DNA of 64,000 bases from an uncultured Bacteriovoracaceae bacterium (GTDB lineage Bacteria; Bdellovibrionota; UBA1018), in the NCBI GenBank assembly GCA_964563795.1, contig CAZLYB010000013.1:3107-67106 (forward strand), in the 5' to 3' direction. This document shows, in pieces, positions 36,254 through 46,161 of the stretch. A program made the translations under genes and the position numbers. The notes under the pieces are model-generated. The model had not been told where the DNA came from. It made no database searches and saw nothing but the letters and a program-made list of their open reading frames with translations. The first letter of the stretch is position 1. Each line of letters starts with the position of its first letter.

Positions 36254-37380
36254 TGAAAAAGCTCAAGCTCGTCATCAGCGACTTTCACCTCTCGTGCGGC
36301 CGGTGGCTCAAGGATGGGCGAAGGAATCCCCTCGAGGACTTTCATCAGGATGAGAGATTTCGGGAGCTGCTCGAGCATTACAGCACGGGATCTTACGCGG
36401 ACTGGGAAGTCGAGCTCGTCATCAATGGCGATTTCTTTGACCCCCTGGCGGTTCTTCCCATGACGGAGAACGGGAAAGTCGTCATCCTCGATTACCCTGA
36501 GGAAGTCGAGGAAGCGAGCGCCGTGACCAAATTCAAGCTGATCGCCTCGGGTCACCCCATCAGCATCAGGGCACTCGAGGCCTTTTTGGCGCGAGGCAAG
36601 AGCATCACTTTTCGATGGGGAAACCATGACGCGGCGATTCTTTGGCCGGCCGTTCAGATATTCCTAAGAGAACTGCTCCATCCGCCGCGGGCTGAGCAAT
36701 TGGCCTTCCAAAAAGACCCGTATCTCTTCGACCGCATCTGCATCGATCACGGGCATCAGCACGAAATCTTCAACCAATTTGACACTCAGCGCATCTTCAT
36801 CGAGAGAAAGATCAAGGGGGCCAAGAAAACGATCTTGAACCTTCCCTTCGGGAGCTTCTTCGTCTTCGGCTTCATCAGCCGCATCAAGCTCGAAAAACCC
36901 TTTATCACTTACGTCCAACCGCTTCGCAGCTACATCAAGCTCTCGATCTTCATGAATCCTTTATTTTTTATAGTAAATGGATTTAAAGTATCCTGGTTCT
37001 TCTTCAAGATGCGCCTGATCAAGCACCCCATGAGGTTCTCCCGGATCAGAAAAACATTCTTACTGCTGCTTGAAGCGCTCCACCGCCCCTCGCTCGAGAA
37101 GGTCGCCGAGGAGATCTTCAGTTCCCCGGAAGCGGACGCGCTGGGTTATGACACGCTCATCATGGGGCACAATCATCAAGCCATGGTCCGCGTTTTCCCG
37201 GGTGGCAAGCAATACATCAATACGGGCACTTGGACGCCGCTCACGAGCCTCGAGATGTCGACGCTGGGCCATCGCGTCCTACGCACTTACGCGCTGATTG
37301 AATACTTGGATTCAGGCGCCCCACGCTGCAGCCTCAAAGTGTGGAACGGGGAGCCCCGTTCCAACGAGGACTTCAATTAG
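36253..37380 (+). CDS. Metallophosphoesterase (calcineurin-like)
   Basis: The GDFFD and GNHD motifs are present. The ATG at 36253 overlaps the carboxyltransferase stop; the tracked 480-aa ORF is an upstream over-extension. Confidence 0.55.
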   Translation: MKKLKLVISDFHLSCGRWLKDGRRNPLEDFHQDERFRELLEHYSTGSYADWEVELVINGDFFDPLAVLPMTENGKVVILDYPEEVEEASAVTKFKLIASGHPISIRALEAFLARGKSITFRWGNHDAAILWPAVQIFLRELLHPPRAEQLAFQKDPYLFDRICIDHGHQHEIFNQFDTQRIFIERKIKGAKKTILNLPFGSFFVFGFISRIKLEKPFITYVQPLRSYIKLSIFMNPLFFIVNGFKVSWFFFKMRLIKHPMRFSRIRKTFLLLLEALHRPSLEKVAEEIFSSPEADALGYDTLIMGHNHQAMVRVFPGGKQYINTGTWTPLTSLEMSTLGHRVLRTYALIEYLDSGAPRCSLKVWNGEPRSNEDFN

Positions 37381-37667
37381 GGCGTTGACTTGATCGGGAC
37401 GGTCGTATCTGTCACGCCGGGCGTCAGATCCAGCGCAGGGGGCTTGATATTCGAGGGATCAATCGGAACCGGTACGGGTTTCAGAGCCCTTTTTTCCGCA
37501 TCCACGACGGGCAGCCCCGCTGGCACTCTTTTGAGGGTCGTGTTCAGGCTCGGGCAATCCGGATTGCCCGAATTCTCAAATCCCGAGGCTCGACCCGCCG
37601 AGAAAGCGAGACCCGCGAAGAGGGTTAAACCTAGCATCAGTTTCTTGTTCTTCAGATTCATAAACAC
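37377..37667 (-). CDS. Small secreted Pro-rich protein (96 aa)
   Basis: Signal peptide MFMNLKNKKLMLGLTLFAGLAFSA. It is the last gene of the minus-strand tad transcript. Confidence 0.35.
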   Translation of the reverse strand: MFMNLKNKKLMLGLTLFAGLAFSAGRASGFENSGNPDCPSLNTTLKRVPAGLPVVDAEKRALKPVPVPIDPSNIKPPALDLTPGVTDTTVPIKSTP

Positions 37668-37686
37668 CTCTTAAGTTAAATCATTC

Positions 37687-39369
37687 TTAAAAAGACAGGC
37701 TGACCCCGGCTGGCCGGACGATCTCCAGGAGATTTTGAAAGGCCGTGAACACTTGCGAGGCGACTTTCCTGCCCGCGGAGCTCTCGATCTTCTTCACTTC
37801 GCCGCTGTTCGTGTAGCTCATGGTGATCGTGCCTAAGTTCTCGTACTTGATCTGGGTCGGTTTGGAATTCTCGTCGTACTTGAAATCCATGCGGCGCTTC
37901 GCATTGTCGACCATGGTCTTGATGAGGCCATTGGGGAAGTAAAGCAACCGGACCGCTTTTTTCTCGGAATTTTCAGCGAAAATCATGTTCCCGCTGCCGT
38001 CATACTGGAAGTTCGACCACTGGGTCTGCCTCTTCGAGGCGCGATCCTGCCGCGTGACTCTCTTCACCTTGCCCACCTTGGCATCGTAGGAAAGCTCGGT
38101 GAGCTCAGTCGGGGTGGTCTTGCGGGTCAAATGGCCCTTCGCATCGTAGTCAAACGTGGTTTCTTCGCCTTCTTTCTTGATCGAAACCGGCAGGCCATGA
38201 CTTTCATTGTAAGTGGTCTCGGTCTTTTCCCCGTCGAGCGTGGCGATCAGCTTGTACTGCCACTCCTCCCCGTCCGCGCGCCTTTTGTTGAAGTACTCGT
38301 ACTGGGCGGAAGAGAGCTTGGCTCCCTCCTTGCTCTTCACGTTGACGGCGACGGTGTAATGATTCTTGTCGGAAGAATCGTACTGATAGGAATACTCGGT
38401 CAAGGTCCCATCCCGCTCCTTCACGGTTTTCACGTTCTCGTTCTTATCCACACCGTAGTAGGAGATTTGCAGGGTCGTTTTGTCCGCGTAGCCGATCTCA
38501 TTCATGTTGCGATTCTTGTCGTATTTGTACGAATAGGCGTTTCCGTCAACGTCCTTGCTGTACGTCAGCTCCCCCACGGCCGAATATTGGAAGGAAGCCA
38601 CTTTTTTGTTCTCTCCCTCGATCCTCTCAAGCAAACCCTGCTTATTGTAGGAAAGGAACATCTTGCGGTTGAAGTTATCCACGATCTTGGCGATACGACC
38701 GTCCTTGGAGTAAGTCAGGTCGATCGCATTCTTGTTCCGATCGGAGACTTTGACCAGTTTTCCCTGCTCATTGAAGCGCTCGACTTTGCCGCTCTCAAAA
38801 ACGCGGATGTACCCGCCCGCGACTTTGGTGATGTACTGGGGGCTGAACCGGATGGATTGGAGCTGAACCCCATTGGCCAAGGCGCGCGGCTTCAGGCGCC
38901 CGCTTTGCACGAGTTTTTCCCATTCCCTGCCCCTGAACGAAGCATCCGCTTTCAACTGAACCTTGTATTTCTTGAATTGGTCCGCCGAACCGCTGATGAG
39001 GTTCGCCGCCCTGGCCCCGTTGGCAATCTCCTCCACGGCGCGATCCAAATCCGCCTGGTTGAAATTTCCGGGGCTGAATCGATTCTCGGCGCCGCCGCCG
39101 TACTCATGGACGGTGACGCTCCCATCGGCCGCCACTTTCAGGAAAACCTCGAATTCATTGCCCCATCCCCACCCGAAGATGCCCTTGAAGGAGGTGGAGG
39201 CCTTGGCGTTGTACACCCGTTCGATCTTGGGGTCGAACCCGCCTGGATACACAATATCCGTATAACCTATGAAAAAATTTCCGTTCTTCAAGCTCACGTT
39301 CGCGCGCGCGGCTTGCGCATATAAACCGATCGTCCCCATCGTCAAAAGAATGACGGCTTTCGTTCTCAT
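37687..39369 (-). CDS. YD/RHS-repeat-containing secreted protein
   Basis: A signal peptide, then about 12 degenerate YD repeats (…LTYSKDGRI…, …YDKNRN…, …YDAKGHL…, …YDGSGNM…). There is no obvious C-terminal toxin domain, and the protein ends with Phe. Confidence 0.5.
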   Translation of the reverse strand: MRTKAVILLTMGTIGLYAQAARANVSLKNGNFFIGYTDIVYPGGFDPKIERVYNAKASTSFKGIFGWGWGNEFEVFLKVAADGSVTVHEYGGGAENRFSPGNFNQADLDRAVEEIANGARAANLISGSADQFKKYKVQLKADASFRGREWEKLVQSGRLKPRALANGVQLQSIRFSPQYITKVAGGYIRVFESGKVERFNEQGKLVKVSDRNKNAIDLTYSKDGRIAKIVDNFNRKMFLSYNKQGLLERIEGENKKVASFQYSAVGELTYSKDVDGNAYSYKYDKNRNMNEIGYADKTTLQISYYGVDKNENVKTVKERDGTLTEYSYQYDSSDKNHYTVAVNVKSKEGAKLSSAQYEYFNKRRADGEEWQYKLIATLDGEKTETTYNESHGLPVSIKKEGEETTFDYDAKGHLTRKTTPTELTELSYDAKVGKVKRVTRQDRASKRQTQWSNFQYDGSGNMIFAENSEKKAVRLLYFPNGLIKTMVDNAKRRMDFKYDENSKPTQIKYENLGTITMSYTNSGEVKKIESSAGRKVASQVFTAFQNLLEIVRPAGVSLSF

Positions 39370-39401
39370 GATTGCTCCCCTCACATGGCCTTCCTATAAG
39401 A

Positions 39402-40268
39402 CTATACGTCAATTTTGATGATTTTCATGATGACAAAAAAACCGACCGCCTCCAAGGCGATGATCAGGAGGATGATGAGCCACCCCAGGAACGTGGTAAA
39501 CAAAGGCTGCATAAACTCCGGATCTGTTTGGTAAAAAATGACTCCCAAGACCGGGGGGATCGCCATCACGAAAACGCCCTGGTAAAAGCCCTGCGCGGTC
39601 AGGGCGGCGATCTTGCTCTCCACCTTGATCCTTTCCCGGATCGTGGTCACGATCGTGTCGAAAGTCTCGGCCAAGTTCCCACCGGTCTCCTTGAGGATGT
39701 TGATCGAAGTCACGAACATCTCGACGTCGTCGGACTTGATCCTCCTCCCCAGGTTGCTGAAAGCCTCCTCGAGGGGAACGCCGAGCTTGTTCTGGTTGAG
39801 GATCAAGTTGAACTCCTGCTGGATGGGATTGCTCATTTCTTGCGTCACCAATCCCAGGGACTGCACGATGGAAAGGCCCGACTTCAGCCCGTTGGACATC
39901 AAGCTCAAGGCATCCACCATTTGCAGGATGAACTTTCGGATTCTCCTCCGATAAAGCCAATCCACGATCGGCTTCGGGGCCTTCCAAAACACGATGACGG
40001 TCAAGCTCGAGAAGACCAAGCCCGGGATCCAATTCGGAAGAAAGGCGATCATCACTAAAAAAGCCGGCCCAAGGCTCAGCGCCAGCATGATCTGCGCGAT
40101 CTTGTGGGCGGGGATATCGACGAACATGAGGCTCAGGCGATCCACCACGTAATCCCGGGTCCCCACCGACTGAAACTTCAGCCAATCCAGGAACCTTTTG
40201 TTGTAGTGGTAGGAAATCCCGAAAACCGCCGCTCCGATACTCAGGATTCCGATCACCTTGAAGAACAT
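39402..40268 (-). CDS. tadB: Tad/Flp pilus assembly inner-membrane protein TadB (T2SS-F domain)
   Basis: The T2SS-F-domain pattern …ALSLMSNGLKSGLSIVQSLGLV…GVPLEEAFSNLGRR…GGNLAETFD…IRER… is present, with three TM helices. Confidence 0.75.
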   Translation of the reverse strand: MFFKVIGILSIGAAVFGISYHYNKRFLDWLKFQSVGTRDYVVDRLSLMFVDIPAHKIAQIMLALSLGPAFLVMIAFLPNWIPGLVFSSLTVIVFWKAPKPIVDWLYRRRIRKFILQMVDALSLMSNGLKSGLSIVQSLGLVTQEMSNPIQQEFNLILNQNKLGVPLEEAFSNLGRRIKSDDVEMFVTSINILKETGGNLAETFDTIVTTIRERIKVESKIAALTAQGFYQGVFVMAIPPVLGVIFYQTDPEFMQPLFTTFLGWLIILLIIALEAVGFFVIMKIIKIDV

Positions 40269-40274
40269 CGCCCG

Positions 40275-42452
40275 TCACCCCGCCTTCGCCGTGAAAAGGC
40301 TTCGCGAGATCTTCATTCCCTTGGCTTCCATCTCTTCCACGAACTTCGGAACGAAACCGGTTGGGATCACGCGCCCGATGACTTTTCGCTTTTTATCGAG
40401 GCCTTCCTGCTTGAATACGAAAATATCTTGAAGGCTCACCACCTCGCCCTGAATCCCCACGACCTCGGTGATGTGGGTGATTTTTCGGCTTCCGTCCGAG
40501 AGGCGGCTTTGCTGAATGATGATCCCCACCGCTGAAGCGATGTTCTCGCGGATCGCTTTGGCCGGTAGGCCCAACCCCGCCATCATCACGAGCGTCTCGA
40601 GACGCGCGATGGCTTCGCGGGGATTGTTCGCGTGAAGCGTGGTGAGCGATCCCGAGTGACCGGTGTTCATCGCTTGCAACATATCGAGGGCTTCCTGGCC
40701 GCGGCACTCCCCAACCACGATTCGGTCGGGACGCATTCTCAGGCAGCTTTTCACCAAATCCCGGATGCTCACTTCGCCCTCGCCCTCGATGTTCTTGGGC
40801 CGCGACTCAAGGCGCACCACATGCTCTTGCCCAAGCTGAAGCTCGGCTGAATCCTCAACCGTGATGATTCGCTCAGTGGCGGGGATGAAATTTGAAAGCA
40901 CGTTGAGCAAGGTCGTTTTCCCGGAGCCCGTTCCTCCGGAGACCAGGACATTCAACTTCGCCTCGACGCAGCATCTCAGGAAATCCGCGATCTCGGGAGT
41001 CATCGAGCCAAAGGAGATCAGATCCTTGGCTTCCATTCTTTTTTTGGGGAACTTTCGGATCGTGATGGTCGGGCCCCGGAGCGACAAGGGGGGGATGATG
41101 ATGTGAACACGCGATCCATCGCGCAAACGCGCGTCGACGTACGGCACTTTTTCATCAACGCGGCGCCCGAGCGGCGTCACGATTCGCTCGATCACCGTCA
41201 TCATCTGCTGCTCGCTGGAGAAGGTGACTTTCGAAAGCTGGGGTTTTCCGAGACGCTCGATGTAGATTTGATCCCGGGAATTGACCATGATTTCAGTCAC
41301 GCTCTCATCCGCAAGCAGATCCTCGAGCGGCCCGAGTCCCAGCGCCTCATCGAGGACTTCCTTCACCATCTGAGATTTGAGCTCTCGGCTATTCAGGAGG
41401 GACTCGGTGTCCTCGGCGCCAAGGACGTCGAGGATCGCTTTCTGCGTTTTCTCGCGCAAAACCGCCCTCTGCTTGGGATCGTTCGTGTCAGTATTGGTCC
41501 GCTTGAGGTCCATCTGCTCGACCAAGGCCTTGTGAACCCTCAGCTTCATCGCCGTCCAAGCGTCCAGCGGCGCGGACATGCTGCGATGGATCGGGTTGCC
41601 GTCGGATCGGGCTTGGCCAGATCCATCGGGGCTGGAGCTCGCGACTGCGGCCTGCGATTGCATCTTGGCGGCCACCCCGGTCGGCTTCTTGAGCTTGGCC
41701 AAACTCTCGAGCAGATTGGATTGCTGCATTTTTCGGACGATATCGTGATAAGCGCGCGCGACGGCGGTGTTCGGCGCGGCGATGCAAAGCGGAATGCTCT
41801 TCGCGAGCGAGCTTTCGCAAGTGGGGCCATCCTCGGGAATGGCGGCAAAAATCGACTTGCCCAAGTTTTTTTGAATCAGCTGGGGATTGATGATCGAGTT
41901 TTGGGAATATCGGTTCATGACCACTTGAACCATCTCGGGGGGGAAAAGCAGCTCCTGAATTTTTCCCAGCAGGCGCTTCGTCTGATTAATCACGATGATG
42001 TCGGCGGAGGTCACCACGTAGATGGCGCTCGCGAACTCGAATGCCTTAAGAGCCCATGGATCCGTCCCGCTCCCGCAATCCACGACGGTCCAGCTGAAGA
42101 CGTTGGTGACGGACTTCAAGAATCGTCCGAGCCCGTCCAAATCCAGGTCGCGCGCCACGATCGCGTCGCGGGGGGCGCCGATGTAACTGTAACCCGCCTG
42201 CGCGTTCACCATGAAGGGGGCGAGCGTCTTGGGATCCACCGGCCCCGGCGGCATCTTGCTCACGTCAATGATGCTCTTGGGGGGATTTTGATTCAAAATG
42301 ACGTTTTGATCGCCGAGGCTATTAAGGTCGAGATCAACGATCAATGGTCTTTGTTTAAATTCTTGGAGATAAGCGATGGCCAGGTTCGCGGCGAACACGC
42401 TTTTTCCGACCCCGCCTTTTCCGCCGACCACTGCGATGATATGCCCAGGCAT
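40275..42452 (-). CDS. Fusion of a CpaE/TadZ-like ParA/MinD ATPase domain and a CpaF/TadA secretion ATPase
   Basis: The N-terminus carries the deviant Walker [15 protein letters not shown] of ParA/MinD/CpaE. The C-terminal half carries the VirB11/CpaF core [15 protein letters not shown]…RLESRP…VGECRG with His- and Asp-boxes. It is one uninterrupted 725-aa ORF. Confidence 0.8.
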   Translation of the reverse strand: MPGHIIAVVGGKGGVGKSVFAANLAIAYLQEFKQRPLIVDLDLNSLGDQNVILNQNPPKSIIDVSKMPPGPVDPKTLAPFMVNAQAGYSYIGAPRDAIVARDLDLDGLGRFLKSVTNVFSWTVVDCGSGTDPWALKAFEFASAIYVVTSADIIVINQTKRLLGKIQELLFPPEMVQVVMNRYSQNSIINPQLIQKNLGKSIFAAIPEDGPTCESSLAKSIPLCIAAPNTAVARAYHDIVRKMQQSNLLESLAKLKKPTGVAAKMQSQAAVASSSPDGSGQARSDGNPIHRSMSAPLDAWTAMKLRVHKALVEQMDLKRTNTDTNDPKQRAVLREKTQKAILDVLGAEDTESLLNSRELKSQMVKEVLDEALGLGPLEDLLADESVTEIMVNSRDQIYIERLGKPQLSKVTFSSEQQMMTVIERIVTPLGRRVDEKVPYVDARLRDGSRVHIIIPPLSLRGPTITIRKFPKKRMEAKDLISFGSMTPEIADFLRCCVEAKLNVLVSGGTGSGKTTLLNVLSNFIPATERIITVEDSAELQLGQEHVVRLESRPKNIEGEGEVSIRDLVKSCLRMRPDRIVVGECRGQEALDMLQAMNTGHSGSLTTLHANNPREAIARLETLVMMAGLGLPAKAIRENIASAVGIIIQQSRLSDGSRKITHITEVVGIQGEVVSLQDIFVFKQEGLDKKRKVIGRVIPTGFVPKFVEEMEAKGMKISRSLFTAKAG

Positions 42453-42469
42453 CGGTTACTTGCTCCCCA

Positions 42470-44206
42470 TCACTTCATCTTGACCCGGAAATTCCGCTTG
42501 AGGTCTTCCGTCCCATCCGAGGCGTTCTCGATGATTTGCGGAGTGATGAAAATCACGAATTGGGATTTCGACTTCCTGTAGTTCTTGGACCGCAGCAGCG
42601 TGAAGAGCGGATCGGTCCCTTCGCTGAACGACCCGGGGCTCGGATCATCCTTATTGAAGTCCGTGCCCACCGTGGTCGCGCTCACTCCGGCGATCGCGGC
42701 GCTTTCCGCTGATTTGACGTAAAGCTTGGTATCCACCCGGTGAGTCGCGGTGATGGGTTGCGTCCCTGACGCCGGAGTCCGACCCACGAGGTTGGTTTGG
42801 TTCACCTTGATATCGACTTGGATGTCCTCGCTTTGCCCCAGGATCGTGGGCGTCACGCCGAGCTCCAGCCCCACGTCCTGCTTGCCCGCCGAGACCTGCC
42901 CATTGGCTCCCTGGATCAAGAAAGGGAATTGGGTTCCCTCAAACAGGCTCGCGGCTTGGCCGCTTCTGACGACCAAGGTCCCGGTTTTCAAAATCCTGGC
43001 ATAGCCCGCGGCCTGGGCGCTTTGAAGCTTCGGCAATAAGCTTGAGATGGTCGCGCTGAACGAAACTCCCCCGCTTCCGGTTGTGGTGGTCGTTGCTCCG
43101 GCCGTCTGGCCGTTGCTGAAAGTGACCTCGGGACCGCTGGAGGTGAACCCCGGTTGCCATTTAAAGCCAAAGAGCCGGTTGTAATCCTTGGAAAGCTCCA
43201 CGAAGTAAGCCGTGATTCGAACCAGCTTATCCTGTTTTTTCGGGGGAGGCGCGTTCACGATGATGAAAGTCTGCACCAGATTCCGCCCGGGAAGCCGCGT
43301 CGCCTGGCCCTCCGCCTCGAACCGGCCCAAGGGATTGGCGGGTTTGATTTCAGGGAGATAGAGCAGCGCGATGTTCTTCGCACGGTTGGCTTGATCAATG
43401 GTATCGACGGTCCCTTCCAAGAAGATCAGTCCATTGACCACTCTCGTCTTCACGCCGGGGGCGAACACATTGATGTCTTCTTGAATTTTTTTGGCCAGGA
43501 ATTGAAGCGCCAGCGGCGAGAGCGTCGTGAGATTCATGATGAAATCCCCGTAGGCCTTGTCCCCCACGACGGTCAGAAGGCGAGCGTAGTCATTGGGGAC
43601 GAGGATCTCCCCTTCCAAAATGACTTTAGGCCCCACGATGCGGATGTCCAAACCTTCCACGTCGCGAAGCAAAGAGCGTACTTCACCAGCCACTCGAAGC
43701 AGATTGGAACCCGTGATCCGGGCGTTGAAAATCAGGCGAATCGTCCCATCCGCGTCACGTACCGTGATGTTTGTGTCCCCCGGTTTCAAGGGCTTGAAAA
43801 CGATCTGGCGCTTTTGACCGATTTTTACGAGCGTAGTCGCGAGCAGGGTGGGATTTCCGATGGTGATCCCGCTGACTTCGGGACTCACGTCAAAATTGAG
43901 ATCGACGGCTTTGTCTTCCCCCGAAGTCAGCAGCAGCCTCCTGCGATCCGCATTCGCCTCCGACTCATCATTGGTCAATCGGGATCGCCCCACGGATCTC
44001 GCACGGCGGGAGAATCGGGGCAGGGATTGAACAGGAACGGATTTAACTTCGGGCAAAGGCTGCGACTGCGGCATGGGAGCGGGCGGGACTTGAGGCGCGG
44101 GCTCCGTCACTAAGGACCCCCCGGATGGCGGATCCTCGGCGTGGAGCTCGCCGCCCGGCGCGGCGATCAGCAGCAAGAAGATCGGGAGAAGATTCCATCG
44201 TTTCAT
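42470..44206 (-). CDS. cpaC: Tad secretin CpaC/RcpA
   Basis: A signal peptide and the secretin C-domain …FVIFITPQII… . The protein is 578 aa. Confidence 0.8.
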   Translation of the reverse strand: MKRWNLLPIFLLLIAAPGGELHAEDPPSGGSLVTEPAPQVPPAPMPQSQPLPEVKSVPVQSLPRFSRRARSVGRSRLTNDESEANADRRRLLLTSGEDKAVDLNFDVSPEVSGITIGNPTLLATTLVKIGQKRQIVFKPLKPGDTNITVRDADGTIRLIFNARITGSNLLRVAGEVRSLLRDVEGLDIRIVGPKVILEGEILVPNDYARLLTVVGDKAYGDFIMNLTTLSPLALQFLAKKIQEDINVFAPGVKTRVVNGLIFLEGTVDTIDQANRAKNIALLYLPEIKPANPLGRFEAEGQATRLPGRNLVQTFIIVNAPPPKKQDKLVRITAYFVELSKDYNRLFGFKWQPGFTSSGPEVTFSNGQTAGATTTTTGSGGVSFSATISSLLPKLQSAQAAGYARILKTGTLVVRSGQAASLFEGTQFPFLIQGANGQVSAGKQDVGLELGVTPTILGQSEDIQVDIKVNQTNLVGRTPASGTQPITATHRVDTKLYVKSAESAAIAGVSATTVGTDFNKDDPSPGSFSEGTDPLFTLLRSKNYRKSKSQFVIFITPQIIENASDGTEDLKRNFRVKMK

Positions 44207-44209
44207 TCT

Positions 44210-45049
44210 TTACCTACGCCCATTGGCGGGAGCCCGCGGCGCGCGCGAGTAATCCGCCCCCAGCACATCGGAAAACAAGCTCGAACCCAAATTGACCCTC
44301 TCGGTGTCATCATTATTGCGCAGTGAAAGCGTAAGCGCGTGATCGCTATTGGCCATCACGAGCGCGAGCGCTTGCGCTTGGTTGGGATCCACTTCAAGAG
44401 TGATGGAGCCGAAAGAGGAATCCTCGTTCAAATTCTTGATCCTCTCCTTGCCGCCGAAAAGATCCGGCTCGATCAAGCGAGGCACGTTGTTGGTGACGTT
44501 TTTTCCCACGGAGAGGACGACCACGTCTTGCAGGAAGGTTTTCGCGATTTTCCCTTCTTTTCCCCCGCCAAGATCCAGGACAGCGATCAGATCGACCCGA
44601 TCGCCGGGCTTCACCAATTTTGAAACGCCGCTGATCTCATCGATGCGGATCGCGAAGGCGCGTTTTCCCGGGGTGATTTGAGGCGCGAGGCCCGTGCGCA
44701 TATTGGGCTCCGTCACTTTGTTCTGGGTGACTTGCTCGCCTTTTTTGATGGGAACCAGGGCGACGGTCCCGGCCATGCTCTTAAGGCCCCGTGTCGTCTC
44801 CTTATCCTCTTCCTTCTTCTCAAAATAAATGGCGTTCGGCTCCAAAAACCGCTTTGGGATTCGCTCGATGCTCAAAACGGTTTCGTTGATCGTTTCAAGC
44901 TCGCGAATGTCCTTCTTCGCCTTGATGACGAGGACTTCGGCGCCGAATTTCCGGCTGGCCTCTTCTTCGATGCTGGAAACGTAACTCATGACGAAGAACA
45001 CCGCCAAAGCGGCCATCAAAAGCGACAGGGTGAGCGCGCGATTATTCAT
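44210..45049 (-). CDS. cpaB: Flp pilus assembly protein CpaB/RcpC
   Basis: A TM anchor MNNRALTLSLLMAALAVFFV, followed by SAF and RcpC domains. The start is placed at Met39 of the tracked ORF; Met25 is also possible. Confidence 0.7.
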   Translation of the reverse strand: MNNRALTLSLLMAALAVFFVMSYVSSIEEEASRKFGAEVLVIKAKKDIRELETINETVLSIERIPKRFLEPNAIYFEKKEEDKETTRGLKSMAGTVALVPIKKGEQVTQNKVTEPNMRTGLAPQITPGKRAFAIRIDEISGVSKLVKPGDRVDLIAVLDLGGGKEGKIAKTFLQDVVVLSVGKNVTNNVPRLIEPDLFGGKERIKNLNEDSSFGSITLEVDPNQAQALALVMANSDHALTLSLRNNDDTERVNLGSSLFSDVLGADYSRAPRAPANGRR

Positions 45050-45617
45050 ATTGGAGCGGGCCTCCGCAAATCTGGAACTGGCTTGCCTCATCGAGGCGGT
45101 AAAGCGCGGTTGCTTTGGAATCCGGGCCGTAAGGGGGACCTGAGAGCGGCAAGATGGCGGCATCCCCGGAACCGTTTCGAACGACGTTCGCCTGCGTGCA
45201 CAGGGTCACCGTGTTCCTCACGCGCACGAGCGCGCGTTCCGCTGGCTCTTGCCCGGTCTCATCCTGCGCGGGCGCGCGCCTTCGAGTGACGTTCTTGGTG
45301 GGGGCTTTCGGGATGTACCGTTCGCCGGGCTCACTGGGGCTGGCGTTCTCCGCAACGCCGATCACCATCTGATTGTAACTTTTTGCAGTCAATTCGGCCT
45401 CCCGCAGGGAGAGATAGGGATACACGGGACTATTGTAGGTGAGCCAGAGCGCCTGGGCGCGGGCGTACTGCTGATTCACGATCCCCACTTGAATCGCCGT
45501 ATTCACGCGGATGAGAATCAAGGCGAGCGTGAGCATCATCGGAAGCATCAAAAGAAATTCGATGACGCTTTGGCCCGATTGATCCAAGATCAATGCTCCA
45601 GACGGGTTAACACCCAT
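45042..45617 (-). CDS. TadE-like pseudopilin
   Basis: The N-terminal prepilin-like segment QSGQSVIEFLLMLPMMLTLAL contains the G/xxxxEF motif. Confidence 0.55.
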   Translation of the reverse strand: MGVNPSGALILDQSGQSVIEFLLMLPMMLTLALILIRVNTAIQVGIVNQQYARAQALWLTYNSPVYPYLSLREAELTAKSYNQMVIGVAENASPSEPGERYIPKAPTKNVTRRRAPAQDETGQEPAERALVRVRNTVTLCTQANVVRNGSGDAAILPLSGPPYGPDSKATALYRLDEASQFQICGGPLQYE

Positions 45618-46161
45618 TATCGATCACTCCCTTCAGGCGATCCATTTCCTGCCGGCATTCCTCGACAGTGGGCTCTCGAAGCAGCCAACTCTCGGAAATG
45701 AGCCGCAGCGTGTTGACTGAATCCTGACCGGAGGACTTCCTTCCCGCGCCGGCCAAAGGGATCAGAAACACCCTGCTCTTAAATGCGTATCGGACTCCCT
45801 GAAGCCAACTGAAGTACTGGTTGTCTTCCTGGTACTGCGAAGGGGGCTTGATGCGCAGCCCCGAAACCTCCTGATCGCTGCCCCACGCCGCATCCCCCTT
45901 CGCGATGAAGGGGAATCGATCCTGGGAAGCCTGGGACTGGCCTCGCTTCAAAGTGCGGCTGATGACGTCAGCGGCGCGCTGGAGCTGATCGTCTTTGCCA
46001 GGGCCAGCTGAAAGATAGGCGCGGGCCGACATGAAAGTGGCGTAATGCGCGTAGTTCCCGAACCCAAAAACTAAAGAAAGTTGATAGAAAAAAAAGACGA
46101 ACCCCATCAGGAACATCAAGGTCAACGCGAATTCCACGGTGGACTGGCCTTTGGAGTTCAT
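45607..46161 (-). CDS. TadE/TadF-like pseudopilin
   Basis: N-terminal MNSKGQSTVEFALTLMFLMGFVFFF. Confidence 0.55.
   Translation of the reverse strand: MNSKGQSTVEFALTLMFLMGFVFFFYQLSLVFGFGNYAHYATFMSARAYLSAGPGKDDQLQRAADVISRTLKRGQSQASQDRFPFIAKGDAAWGSDQEVSGLRIKPPSQYQEDNQYFSWLQGVRYAFKSRVFLIPLAGAGRKSSGQDSVNTLRLISESWLLREPTVEECRQEMDRLKGVIDNGC

Noticed and set aside
38131-39324. 397-aa plus-strand ORF antisense to the YD-repeat gene
   Set aside because: It has no ribosome-binding site and no motifs. Its composition mirrors the repeat-rich sense strand, which is typical of a long antisense ORF in GC-biased repeats.
39409-40278. 289-aa alternative-frame ORF on the same strand as tadB
   Set aside because: It is an Arg/Gly/Pro-rich low-complexity translation (…RGGSPEPHVRRYPRPQDRADHAG…). 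The other frame gives a clean T2SS-F-domain protein.
41103-42581. 492-aa plus-strand ORF antisense to the CpaE-CpaF fusion gene
   Set aside because: It is a shadow ORF. The sense strand carries unambiguous Walker motifs.
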